Shown piece by piece: positions 11,858 through 21,143 of a stretch of 64,000 nucleotides of DNA. The notes under the pieces were generated by a model, which had not been told where the DNA came from, searched no databases, and saw only the letters and a program-made list of their open reading frames with translations. This DNA is from Candidatus Shapirobacteria bacterium (GTDB lineage Bacteria; Patescibacteriota; Microgenomatia; UBA12405), in the NCBI GenBank assembly GCA_041659325.1, contig JBAZYN010000001.1, positions 494,819 to 558,818 of the forward strand, read 5' to 3'. The translations under genes and the position numbers were made by a program. The stretch's first letter is position 1. Every line of letters starts with the position of its first letter.

Positions 11858-11864
11858 AATTTGA

Positions 11865-12650
11865 TTATCTCCACCTGGTCATCACAATAATTGCCAAAAA
11901 TATAGCCACTCCCACCCAGACGAATCCCATCCACGTCTTCCGAAACAGTCTCCCCCGAATATCGCCCTGCAACAACCCCGATATAATATAAATCACAGAC
12001 ACCAGGTACATCGACCCTCTAAAAATTCCCACTGGCCAAAACGAAAATATCATTCCCAATTGGCCCAAAATTAATCCGGGAGCCAAAACATAGGCCATCC
12101 GGTTTTTATCCTTGCCGTCATCAGGTAGCTCAATCGCAATTGCCCAAAATTGATACAAAAATAGCAAAGTCGACACCGCAAAGATCACCAGTCCGTTTAT
12201 CCAATAATCCCATCTGAAAGAAAATATGGTATCAAACAAAAAAAACGCCGCCAATAACAAGATTATCAAGCTAACCGTATACGCCGCCCGATACAAAGGT
12301 ACCGTTTTATAGCCTATTGCCACCAAAAATACATTTTCAACCAAAAAAATAATATAGCAAAGCCCCCCAAAAAATACACTCATCGCCAATGAACCGACAA
12401 ACGAAGCAGGCAATATGGCCGCAAACAAGCCAAAGCCAATAAACAGCGCCGACGGCAACAAAATTGCCATCAGTCTAAGATAAATGCTATCGGCAAATAT
12501 TATCCCCAATCCAAACCAAAAACAAAAAATAACCAAAAGCGTCCCTACAATTAATCCGTAATACCGCGATTCATAAGGTAGGGAAATAAACATAAAAAAA
12601 CCAACCGCCGATAAAATCGATGAGACCAGATACTTAAACCTTTTGGACAT
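11865..12650 (-). CDS. Polytopic membrane protein of unknown function
   Basis: About 9 hydrophobic segments with an ENVFLVAI..KTVPLYRAA motif; coupled to the yebC 3' end. Confidence 0.75.
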   Translation of the reverse strand: MSKRFKYLVSSILSAVGFFMFISLPYESRYYGLIVGTLLVIFCFWFGLGIIFADSIYLRLMAILLPSALFIGFGLFAAILPASFVGSLAMSVFFGGLCYIIFLVENVFLVAIGYKTVPLYRAAYTVSLIILLLAAFFLFDTIFSFRWDYWINGLVIFAVSTLLFLYQFWAIAIELPDDGKDKNRMAYVLAPGLILGQLGMIFSFWPVGIFRGSMYLVSVIYIISGLLQGDIRGRLFRKTWMGFVWVGVAIFLAIIVMTRWR

Positions 12651-13347
12651 AGTCAAACCCGGTAAAAACATTAATCACATCATCACTTTCCTCCAATTCT
12701 CCCACCAGATCAAGCACATCAGCCACATCTTCCTCGCGGGAAAGCATTAAAGGCATTTTTGGCACCATTACTATTTCATACCGAACAACTTTTATCCCCA
12801 TATTTTTAATTTTTTCCGCCACCTCGGTCAGATTCCCTGGGTCAACATATATCCTGTTTTCCGATATATCCTCAGCTCCGGCGTCAATCAAATCAAGCTC
12901 CCTGTCTACTGGTATTTGTTCAACCTCTATCTCTCCCCTTTTATCAAATTGATACAGCACCGATCCTCCCTCCACCAAACTTCCTCCGCAATTTCTAAAC
13001 ATTAATTTCAGTTCCGTCAAAGTTCTATTTTTGTTATCTGTTTCCGCTTCAATGATAAATGGGACCGAGTGGGGACCGTAGCCCTCAAAAACATAGTTTC
13101 CCATATTCGCTTTTTTTTCCTCAAAATTAGCGATTAACCGCTCGATATTGTCTTTCGGCATATCGACATCTCGGGCCGCGACAATTGCCGTCTTGAGATG
13201 TAAGTTAGCCTCCCTATTTGTATTCCCCCCACCCGTCCGAATTGCCGTCAGGATATTCTTGGCTGCCTTAGTAAAAACTTCGCTTCGCTTTTTATCTTGC
13301 GCTCCCTTTCTGTTTTTGATATTCGACCACTTAGAATGACCGGACAT
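12634..13347 (-). CDS. yebC: YebC/PmpR family protein
   Basis: MSGHSKWSNIKNRKG, MPKDNIER, EGYGP, TDNKNRT. Confidence 0.96.
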   Translation of the reverse strand: MSGHSKWSNIKNRKGAQDKKRSEVFTKAAKNILTAIRTGGGNTNREANLHLKTAIVAARDVDMPKDNIERLIANFEEKKANMGNYVFEGYGPHSVPFIIEAETDNKNRTLTELKLMFRNCGGSLVEGGSVLYQFDKRGEIEVEQIPVDRELDLIDAGAEDISENRIYVDPGNLTEVAEKIKNMGIKVVRYEIVMVPKMPLMLSREEDVADVLDLVGELEESDDVINVFTGFDYVQKV

Positions 13348-14182
13348 AATTACTATATTTTATCATCCGGCCAAAGGTATCACCGAAATATAAATATATT
13401 TCGTTTTCGCCCAAATTACTGTCTGTCCGAATTGTACAACTAAATAGTTCCTTTAATGCCAACAGTCCCCATCTCTCCTCCAAACCATGGTGATATACCA
13501 TCAAGCACTTATCGACTATTTCCTCCGCATCATCAACTTCCATTACTGAAAACCCCGCCCATTCCAACCTCTCCGACATAAAACCGGCAAGCCCACTTTC
13601 TGCCGATGCGTTGTAAACCGATAGCCTCATATCATCAACCAAAATTCTGTCATCCCCAAAGTCCCTCATCATTATTTCTCCCAATACAAGCTTGTTTTGC
13701 TCAATGGCACCATTAATCTCCTCACTGCTTACAATCATACTGTTTTGCCATAAGACATATTTAATCCACCCAAATATTCCCAACTCCGAGATCAAATTTT
13801 TATTGCTGCTCCAATCCTCATATTTTTCCAGAAATACCACCTCATCGGCCATAAAGCCAAAATTATAAAAAAATATCGGTTTATAATCCGCAAAATTCAC
13901 CTCCTGTTTTAGTAACCGCATGATCTTATCACCCTTGTACCACCCCAATCCTCCTGGCACCCAAATCGGCACACTTCCCCCCACCTCAAGCACATTTACC
14001 ATATCCCTCACCGGACTTATCGAAACCATTACTAACCGATCGGGAGAAATAATTGCCAGTTTCACATCGGTTTTACCATTCCAGCCAGCCGACCAGACAG
14101 TAATTCCTAGCCCCCCCGCCACCACCAATACTCCCAATATTACCAGCCAAAGCCATCCCCTATTTTTAACCCGTTTTTTCAT
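13331..14182 (-). CDS. Membrane-anchored protein with LytR C-terminal (LytR_C) domain
   Basis: N-terminal TM; C-terminal VYNASAESGLAG...L..AGF...IYLYFGD. Confidence 0.65.
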   Translation of the reverse strand: MKKRVKNRGWLWLVILGVLVVAGGLGITVWSAGWNGKTDVKLAIISPDRLVMVSISPVRDMVNVLEVGGSVPIWVPGGLGWYKGDKIMRLLKQEVNFADYKPIFFYNFGFMADEVVFLEKYEDWSSNKNLISELGIFGWIKYVLWQNSMIVSSEEINGAIEQNKLVLGEIMMRDFGDDRILVDDMRLSVYNASAESGLAGFMSERLEWAGFSVMEVDDAEEIVDKCLMVYHHGLEERWGLLALKELFSCTIRTDSNLGENEIYLYFGDTFGRMIKYSNYVRSF

Positions 14183-14858
14183 ATTCCGCCAAAACATCTT
14201 TTAGATCACTAGGTATTTCCGATTCAAATGACACAACTTTCCCGTTTACATCGGTAAAACTAATCTGGTGGGCATGTAGAAACGGCCTCCCGCCGGAAGC
14301 TCTGAGCTTGTCGAAGGGCTCCCCGCCATACAACACATCTCCCACCAACGGCCATCTCAAGTTACTAAAATGAACTCTAATCTGATGAGTTCTCCCGGTC
14401 AAAAGATCAATATCCACCAAGCTATAGATTCGGTTACCCCTTTTATACTTTGAAATCAGCCGAAATCGGGTTTCCGCCTTCTTGCCGTCCGGATCAACTC
14501 CAAATTTCCCAAAGCCAAAACGGCTGCGACCTATCGGCACTTTCATTCCCCCCTCTCTTGGCAAATCTCCGCAAATTAACGCAATATATTTTTTTTGTAC
14601 TTTCCTTTTTTTAAACTGACTTTTCAAATAATCCAGGGCTTTTTTAGTTTTTGCCACCACTATCAATCCCGAGGTCCCCTTATCCAATCGGTGCACTATC
14701 CCCGCTCTTTCTAAATTATTTGACTTTTTATCCCTCAGCCAATCCTCTAGAGTCGCCTGCCGGTTCGTCCGTCCCTCATTAGTTACCACCAATCCTCCCG
14801 GTTTATCTAAAACCATCATCTCCTCGCCTTCAAAAACTATTCCGATCTTTTCATCCAT
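14166..14858 (-). CDS. rluD: RluA/RluD-family pseudouridine synthase (no S4 domain)
   Basis: DKPGGL, VHRLDKGTSG, TGRTHQIRVH, GDVLYG, FLHA. Confidence 0.9.
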   Translation of the reverse strand: MDEKIGIVFEGEEMMVLDKPGGLVVTNEGRTNRQATLEDWLRDKKSNNLERAGIVHRLDKGTSGLIVVAKTKKALDYLKSQFKKRKVQKKYIALICGDLPREGGMKVPIGRSRFGFGKFGVDPDGKKAETRFRLISKYKRGNRIYSLVDIDLLTGRTHQIRVHFSNLRWPLVGDVLYGGEPFDKLRASGGRPFLHAHQISFTDVNGKVVSFESEIPSDLKDVLAEYEKTG

Positions 14859-15220
14859 AAGTTTATTATAAATACCCCCGCACCCAAAACTATCATCCAA
14901 TCTGCCAGGTTATTATATAACCCAAAAAATAATTCCCAATAATCCCTTACATATCCAAATCTTATCCGGTCAACCAGGTTTAACCCTCCACCCCAAAACA
15001 CCGCCGCCAGCCCTCCCCCCTCTCCCCTCCAAATCACTTTATATCCCAAAATCAAAAATACGGCTATATTTAGTAATATACCACCTATATTAAACCCAAA
15101 ACTGACTCCATAGTTTCGGACCATCACCCCAAAAAATCCCGCCAACACCTCATTTACAAAAACCAACAAAACCAATCCGGTTGTAAACCACAAAACTCTA
15201 GAACTCTGACTCTTTCTCAC
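14837..15220 (-). CDS. lspA: Signal peptidase II (short)
   Basis: NYGVSFG, NLVDRIRFGYVRDY, NLADWMI. Confidence 0.85.
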   Translation of the reverse strand: MRKSQSSRVLWFTTGLVLLVFVNEVLAGFFGVMVRNYGVSFGFNIGGILLNIAVFLILGYKVIWRGEGGGLAAVFWGGGLNLVDRIRFGYVRDYWELFFGLYNNLADWMIVLGAGVFIINLWMKRSE

Positions 15221-15584
15221 ATTTAATACAAACGGTTGCTTCAGGCTTAATTGCTAACCGGTCTGTATCTATCATCTTCCCGCACTTCTCGCAAGTTCCA
15301 TACTTCCCAATCCTTAGATAAGTCAAAGCCTTTCTGACCTGAACAATCTGTTTTTTAATAAAATTAGCCTTTACCACCGTTTCAAAATGCCCCACCTGTT
15401 CATCCACATCCTCCTCAATCGAATTTTCCGTCGACCTGGCTGCATCCATAAACGGATCAGACTGCTTTATGTCTTTCTCTCTGCGCTTTAAGCGGACAAT
15501 CTCTCCCTCAAGGAAATGTTTTATCGGTGCTACCAATCTGCCGGGAAATTTAATACTCTCCGCCGGCTTCGTTTCTGATTTCAT
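15198..15584 (-). CDS. TraR/DksA C4-type zinc-finger protein
   Basis: GKYGTCEKCG..I...RL...PEATVCIKC. Confidence 0.92.
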   Translation of the reverse strand: MKSETKPAESIKFPGRLVAPIKHFLEGEIVRLKRREKDIKQSDPFMDAARSTENSIEEDVDEQVGHFETVVKANFIKKQIVQVRKALTYLRIGKYGTCEKCGKMIDTDRLAIKPEATVCIKCEKESEF

Positions 15585-16249
15585 GATTTCTTCCTTTTTA
15601 TCTTAACCAATAACGGATCAAGCACTTCTCCAAGAATAAACAATCCTCCCAGATTTATCAAGCCGGCAAACAAAAGTACCCCAAAAAAAACCCACTTGTT
15701 AATTATCAAAAAATATACCGCAAGGAGCATGAAAAACACCATATTGGCAAAGAAAAACCTAAATCCCTTCCGGCCACTTCTATACCAAACAAAGGACCGA
15801 TACCGATTTTTCACCCACGTCGAAATCAAAAGACTCAAAACAAATATTGCCGCTATCGCCCCCTCCGTTACCCCAATCTTCCCAAAATCCACCCCCGCCA
15901 ACCATACCCCCATCACCAAAATCAACATATTGTTGGTCATATCTTCAAGAAATGGCCATAATTTCCAACTATACTTCTGCGCTAGCACGGTTACAATCAT
16001 TAGTAATATCACATAACCACCGGCCAAATTTAATCCCCGATTTTTATAAAATATTACCCAATCACCAAGCGTACTCCACTCCCCCCAATTAGCCAGTCCA
16101 TAAGTTACCCTCCCCCCTATCAAAAAAGCCAACACCGCCAACCATGAAAAAGTAATCAAATCATCAACCCGATAACTATCTCTCAAATTTCTCCAGGTTA
16201 AATACAGAAACAATACAATTCCGATTATTGATAAGAACGGAAAAACCAT
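15581..16249 (-). CDS. Divergent prolipoprotein diacylglyceryl transferase (Lgt)-like membrane protein
   Basis: LIGGRVTY and RGLNLAGG motifs; lies in the lgt-dksA-lspA neighbourhood. Confidence 0.6.
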   Translation of the reverse strand: MVFPFLSIIGIVLFLYLTWRNLRDSYRVDDLITFSWLAVLAFLIGGRVTYGLANWGEWSTLGDWVIFYKNRGLNLAGGYVILLMIVTVLAQKYSWKLWPFLEDMTNNMLILVMGVWLAGVDFGKIGVTEGAIAAIFVLSLLISTWVKNRYRSFVWYRSGRKGFRFFFANMVFFMLLAVYFLIINKWVFFGVLLFAGLINLGGLFILGEVLDPLLVKIKRKKS

Positions 16250-16323
16250 ACCCTATTATAATCTATATTCATCGCACAAATTGCGATCCCTTCATAGCGC
16301 CAAAGAACGAAATTGTATCTGTA

Positions 16324-16477
16324 CGTCATTGCGCTTGTCCGCCTTTGGCGGAAGGAGTAAAACGACGTGGCAATCTTTACAGAATTTGACTATACAAATC
16401 TCTCCACTCCGGGTTAATGCAATTGATTATGTCTAACGTTAAAGATTGCCACAGTCAATCCTTCCTTCGCAATGACG
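16324..16477. repeat. REP/MITE-like family A element, complete
   Basis: Terminal IR cgtcattgcg/cgcaatgacg, inner IR gtggcaatcttt/aaagattgccac, and embedded tccgcctttggcgga. Confidence 0.85.
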
Positions 16478-16532
16478 CGAATCATCTGGTGCTCGTTTTT
16501 GGAAAAATTCGAACGCATTTCAAACAAAATTG

Positions 16533-17510
16533 TTAAAGTGTTAGGTCTTTAAACAAAATTATATTATTTTTTTGACCACGAATCAAAACAAATACTTTGT
16601 CTAATAAATCACCATGCTGAAGTACCATTTCTTTCTGTTGAAAAGTCATTTTATCAAAAATGTCTTTGGTGATTACAATCTTTTCTGTCTCTTCTGGCTT
16701 CCATCCACCCATAACGTGTGATTCAACATACCAACCTCCTGGAAATAGTTTTTGGTAGACTCTTGCCAATTCCGCTCCTTCCCAATTAAAAACATGGCTT
16801 TGAATTATTACATCGGGATGCATCCCCAAGCCACCTTGAGATCCTGAATCAACGTCACAAAAAATTGTTTTTCTCTCAAAAGCTCTTCGAGAACCAATCA
16901 AATAAACTCCAAGGTCGGAGAAAAATGGCTGTTTCGCAGTTAAGTCTTCAATCCAATCGTCAGTTAAAATGCCATACAACACAGAGGGATCTTCGGCAAT
17001 ATCCATTGCTCTTGTTCCCAATTTTGCTTCCAACGCGCGTATCTGAACTTCTGGTCTCTGTATTGTCCCTCTGCCCCATAACTCACCAGTTTGAAGAAAA
17101 TCAATTAACCTTTCAACAGAATAAATATTTTTTGCAACATATGTCTGACCTTGTATTTTATCTTCCGTGGTACTTAATTGTTCTTCTGCCAATACCCTAT
17201 CAACATTGCCTTCTGCCATTAGTCTTGAGACTATCGCTTCTTTTTTTCTTGGAATATTAGCGGAAGCAAATATATCTGCCTGTTCAAGCGCTTGTTGTCG
17301 TCTGGCTACTGGAGTTAACGTAAGAACGTCTTGAAATAATAAACCCGGCGCGGCGTCAATCTCCTGCCACCAACTTTTTAATTTGGCGTCAATCGCCATT
17401 TCTACCGACCATTTTAAACGCAGTTCATCAGGAGGAAGAAGATTTTTTGCCCATCCGGCATATTGATCCAAAAATGCTATTCCATTTTGTTCAACCCTTT
17501 TGTCATCCAT
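16533..17510 (-). CDS. Hypothetical protein, DUF3626-like (possible ADP-ribosyltransferase fold)
   Basis: Motifs PSVLYGIL, RKTIFCDVDS and YVESHVMGG. TATACT lies 7 nt before the ATG; composition is atypical. Confidence 0.5.
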   Translation of the reverse strand: MDDKRVEQNGIAFLDQYAGWAKNLLPPDELRLKWSVEMAIDAKLKSWWQEIDAAPGLLFQDVLTLTPVARRQQALEQADIFASANIPRKKEAIVSRLMAEGNVDRVLAEEQLSTTEDKIQGQTYVAKNIYSVERLIDFLQTGELWGRGTIQRPEVQIRALEAKLGTRAMDIAEDPSVLYGILTDDWIEDLTAKQPFFSDLGVYLIGSRRAFERKTIFCDVDSGSQGGLGMHPDVIIQSHVFNWEGAELARVYQKLFPGGWYVESHVMGGWKPEETEKIVITKDIFDKMTFQQKEMVLQHGDLLDKVFVLIRGQKNNIILFKDLTL

Positions 17511-17728
17511 ATTGAATAGTATATTGCAAATTAAGAAGTAACTGCTTTCTGTCAGCACCCTTTGCACATAGATTTTTCCCTGTTCCGTTTCTAACCTTGG
17601 GCATATTCCCACAAAAATCTACCCACACAAACAGTTGGTCCATGATATTCTTCCTCGACAACATCTAACTGTCCACGATATAAATCCGTCATATAAAAAA
17701 TTTATGTTTTATGATACGATTTCCTTTT

Positions 17729-17816
17729 TGGTGCCGAAGGACGGAATCGAACCGTCACGGTTTTTAAGGCCACAGGTTTTTGAGACCTGCGTGTCTACCA
17801 ATTCCACCACTTCGGC
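17729..17816 (-). tRNA. tRNA-Leu(CAA)
   Basis: GCCGAAG acceptor stem, D-arm GGAATTGGTAGAC, anticodon loop CTCAAAA, long variable arm, GGTTCGATTCC and encoded CCA. Confidence 0.97.
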
Positions 17817-17951
17817 AAATTTCAAACTTTATTTTATTATTGTCGGCCTCGGTAGTCTACCAATGAAATTTATCCGCCGGCAGGCGGACCACTTCGGCTT
17901 TCAAACTCTTCTATTATCTCACGACAAACCCCTAATTTTAAACCCAAAACA

Positions 17952-18014
17952 ATTACTAATTACAGATTACAGATTACTGATTACAGATTACTGATTACAG
18001 ATTACCAATTACCA
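17952..18014 (+). repeat. 7-bp tandem array (ATTACnn x9)
   Basis: attacta attacag attacag attactg attacag attactg attacag attacca attacca, directly after the dnaB stop. Confidence 0.9.
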
Positions 18015-18016
18015 TC

Positions 18017-19321
18017 TCACCCTTTCTTCTCCACATCAAAAAAACTCACCTGCTTACCGTTAAAGTACAGATTAAAAGTTCCAGTCGGACCATTCCTGTG
18101 TTTTTCGATCCCACAGGTCACAATTTCCCGAACCTCCTCGTCCTCCCGGTGTAAAAACAGTACCACGTCAGCATCCTGTTCAATACTTCCCGATTCCCGC
18201 AGATCCGACAGTCTCGGTTTCCCCCCCCTGGCTTCCATTGCCCGGGAAAGTTGAGCCGCCGCCACAATTGGCACCTTTAGCTCTCTTGCCAAATTTTTTA
18301 ATCCCTGGGAAATTTCCGACACCTCCTGAACCCGATTATCTCTGGTAGTTCCATGCATCAGTTGCAAATAATCAACCACAATAAATCTTATCCCCTTATC
18401 CGACTGCAGTCTCCTTGCCTTCGTCCTCAGTTCCGTCACCGTCAGCCCGGGAGTATCGTCAATATAAAGCGGGGCCTCAGCTAGTACCCCCATTGCCTCC
18501 GACAACGACGCAAAGTCATCTTCCGACAGTTGTCCAGTCTTTAGCTTCCAGGCGTCAATCAGCCCCTGACGAACTAGCAATCTGTCTACTAGTTCCTCCT
18601 TGCTCATTTCCAAAGAAAATACACACACCGGTTTCTTTTCTTCAACCGCCACATGTCTGGCAATATTCAAAACAAAAGCCGTTTTTCCCACTCCCGGCCT
18701 GGCTGCCAAAATTATTAAATTACTATCCTGCATTCCGGCAAGCATTCCATCCAACGACTTAAAACCGGTCCCGATTCCCCTCAAACCACTTCCCAATTTC
18801 TGCAACTCATCCAGGCGGTCAAAACTGGCCGTCAAAACTTCCTTCAGCGAAGATGGCACCGATTTCAAATGTTTTTGCGACAGCGAATATATTTCCTGCT
18901 CGGCATAATCCAAAAGCTCCTCCGACTTCAATCCATCATCAAAAGCTCTCTCGGAAATCCTGGCCGCCGCCGAAATCAGCTCCCTTTTAGCCGATAGCGA
19001 CTTAATAATCCGACCATAACTCTCAACATTGGCCGAAGTCGGCACCTCGTTTGCCAACCTGGCCAAAAACGTCTTCCCTCCCACCCTCTTTAACAACTTA
19101 AGCTCCTTAAGCCTTTCCGAAACAGTCACGATGTCTAAGGGCTCCCTCTTTTCATACAAATCAATCATTGCCTGATACACCTGGGCATAGTTTTCATTGT
19201 GAAAATGTTCGGGACGAAGAAAATCCGACACTTCAACAATCCCATCGTTATCTATCAAAATCGACCCCAAAACCGATATTTCGGCTTGCTCAGAACTCGG
19301 CGGTATCTTTAATGTATCCAT
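18017..19321 (-). CDS. dnaB: Replicative DNA helicase
   Basis: PPSSEQAE, AARPGVGKT, FSLEMS, VDYLQLM, LSDLRESGSIEQDAD, KHRNGPTG. Confidence 0.98.
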   Translation of the reverse strand: MDTLKIPPSSEQAEISVLGSILIDNDGIVEVSDFLRPEHFHNENYAQVYQAMIDLYEKREPLDIVTVSERLKELKLLKRVGGKTFLARLANEVPTSANVESYGRIIKSLSAKRELISAAARISERAFDDGLKSEELLDYAEQEIYSLSQKHLKSVPSSLKEVLTASFDRLDELQKLGSGLRGIGTGFKSLDGMLAGMQDSNLIILAARPGVGKTAFVLNIARHVAVEEKKPVCVFSLEMSKEELVDRLLVRQGLIDAWKLKTGQLSEDDFASLSEAMGVLAEAPLYIDDTPGLTVTELRTKARRLQSDKGIRFIVVDYLQLMHGTTRDNRVQEVSEISQGLKNLARELKVPIVAAAQLSRAMEARGGKPRLSDLRESGSIEQDADVVLFLHREDEEVREIVTCGIEKHRNGPTGTFNLYFNGKQVSFFDVEKKG

Positions 19322-19883
19322 ACAATTTCAAGCCCCTCAGGCAGACTTTCAGAATCTACCTTTAACGACTCAACCGGCTGCAAATCCTCCCTGTCAACCT
19401 CATCCATAAATTTCTTCATCTCTCCGGTGTCCGCCTGCCCTCCGACGGGAATCAGGTAATTTGCTCCCCACTTTTTCGCCCACGACAATACAATTTTTCC
19501 ACCCACCACTTTTTCTCCTCCCACCGATGCCATCAATACATCAACGGCGTTAATCCGCTCGATTTTTTTATCGGTCAAAACTTCAGATATCTCACCCAAA
19601 ATTCCAATTGTTACTCCATCTACATTAATTACATACACCGTGTCTCCGCTGCCGGCACCGACTCCCAATACTTCCACCCCCCCGACTTCATATTCTCCCG
19701 GACCTCTCAATATCACTTTTTCCCCGTCATTTAGCCCCAACCAATCGTATTTTTTGAAGTAAATATTATTACCCTACCTATGGCCTTATTAGCTCCAATA
19801 ACTTCCTTTGTCGGATTAATCAAAACACTCTCTTTTTTGCCTTTTAACAAAACCGTTTGACTTCCCATACATCTTATTTCCAT
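19309..19883 (-). pseudogene. MBL-fold (Lactamase_B_3-like) protein split by a 1-nt frameshift
   Basis: The ATG at 19883 has TGATAGAAT upstream and reads MEIRCMGSQTVLLKGKKESVLINP. It is out of frame with the ..GPGEYEVGGV.. part across the A6 run at 19750-19755. Confidence 0.7.
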
Positions 19884-19938
19884 ATATGCAATTCTATCAT
19901 CACTTTTTAGCTCTTTGTGATATCATCTCTAAATCAAT

Positions 19939-20406
19939 ATGTTTAAAGAATTTGTGCTCGCCATCATCTTGGGCGCTCTTCTCGGATTCGGACTTACGGG
20001 AGGTTATTTTGCCCTAAACGCCAACAAGAAAAATAACCAACTCCCCGCCATCACCCCATCTCCGATCCCGCTTGTTTCCCAGGCCGTCGATTCAAAAATC
20101 AGCCCTGAGCCTTCGGAAAAACCCACCATCCAAAACCCCGACAATCTAACCGTTGACAGCCCCAAAAACGAATCGGTAGTCAACAACTCCAAAACCACAG
20201 TATCCGGTAATAGTTCACCCCAAAGTACAATAATAATTACCACTGCTCAAAAAACATACAGCCAAACGGCCTCCGAAGACGGCGCTTTTTCTATCGATAT
20301 CGAGCTCGAGTCAGGCGCCAACAAAATCAACGTCTCGTCCATAGGTACCGGCGACAGCCAAACTGATATACAACTAATTATTACCTATTCAACCGCAAAG
20401 ATATAA
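19939..20406 (+). CDS. Membrane-anchored protein with Ig-like domain
   Basis: N-terminal TM, Pro/Ser linker, then LTVDSP..GAFSIDIELESGANKINV. Confidence 0.7.
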   Translation: MFKEFVLAIILGALLGFGLTGGYFALNANKKNNQLPAITPSPIPLVSQAVDSKISPEPSEKPTIQNPDNLTVDSPKNESVVNNSKTTVSGNSSPQSTIIITTAQKTYSQTASEDGAFSIDIELESGANKINVSSIGTGDSQTDIQLIITYSTAKI

Positions 20407-21143
20407 TGACTATTCTTCTCCTGCTTTTCTTTCTCTTTCGTCCTCTAAATATTTTCGCTGCCACCCCAACTCCCACCTCAGTTGCCAACGACCCTACCCC
20501 GGCGGCAGATCCGACCAAAACATCCGGACTTGACGAAATAAAAAAAATCCGCGAGGCAGTCCAACAAAAAGTTCAGGAAAAACTAGCCGAGATATCAAAT
20601 CCCGAAGTCAACCAAAAAAGAGGTATCATCGGAAAAATCACCAAAATTGATGGACTTGAAATTACCCTTGAAGACAATCTCCTTACCAGTCGAAAACTAT
20701 CCCTTACTAACGACACGGTGGTCATTGGTATCAACAAAAATAAATCAAATCTAGAAAGTCTTAAAGTAGGCGTTGAAATCCTGGCCATGGGATATACCAC
20801 TGAAGACGGTTCCCTCGATACCAAAAGAATTGTCATAGTTGACCTCAAAACAATAGCTGATCCCCTAAACGTCACCGTCGGCAAAATTGTCGATATTTCC
20901 CGAGCCTCTCCGGTCTTTGTCCTCATCCCCTCTTCCGACAAAAACACCCAATATCAAATCAAAACCGATGCAAAAACAGAAATTACTCAGCTCCAAAAAA
21001 ACAAAATATCTTTTTCGGATCTCAAAAACGGCCAAAGAACTATTTTGGTTTTTAAGCCAGAAAGTAAAACCAGCAAATCCTTCTATGCCACCAAAATTAT
21101 AAACCTCGACTATCAGACCCCTACCCCCACCCCCAAAAGCTAA
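20406..21143 (+). CDS. Secreted protein with two OB-fold-like (DUF5666-like) repeats
   Basis: Signal peptide; two repeats of G.I..I...T.I......L..LK.G. Confidence 0.6.
   Translation: MTILLLLFFLFRPLNIFAATPTPTSVANDPTPAADPTKTSGLDEIKKIREAVQQKVQEKLAEISNPEVNQKRGIIGKITKIDGLEITLEDNLLTSRKLSLTNDTVVIGINKNKSNLESLKVGVEILAMGYTTEDGSLDTKRIVIVDLKTIADPLNVTVGKIVDISRASPVFVLIPSSDKNTQYQIKTDAKTEITQLQKNKISFSDLKNGQRTILVFKPESKTSKSFYATKIINLDYQTPTPTPKS

Noticed and set aside
16487-16493. TGGTGC as an attR copy of the tRNA-Leu 3' end
   Set aside because: Only 6 bp match, which is expected by chance, and no integrase is adjacent.
17952-18014. Heptamer arrays as a CRISPR array, or as real ORFs (LLITDYRLLITDY peptides)
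   Set aside because: The units are 7 bp with no unique spacers and no cas genes are present. The ORF-track peptides are translations of the repeat.
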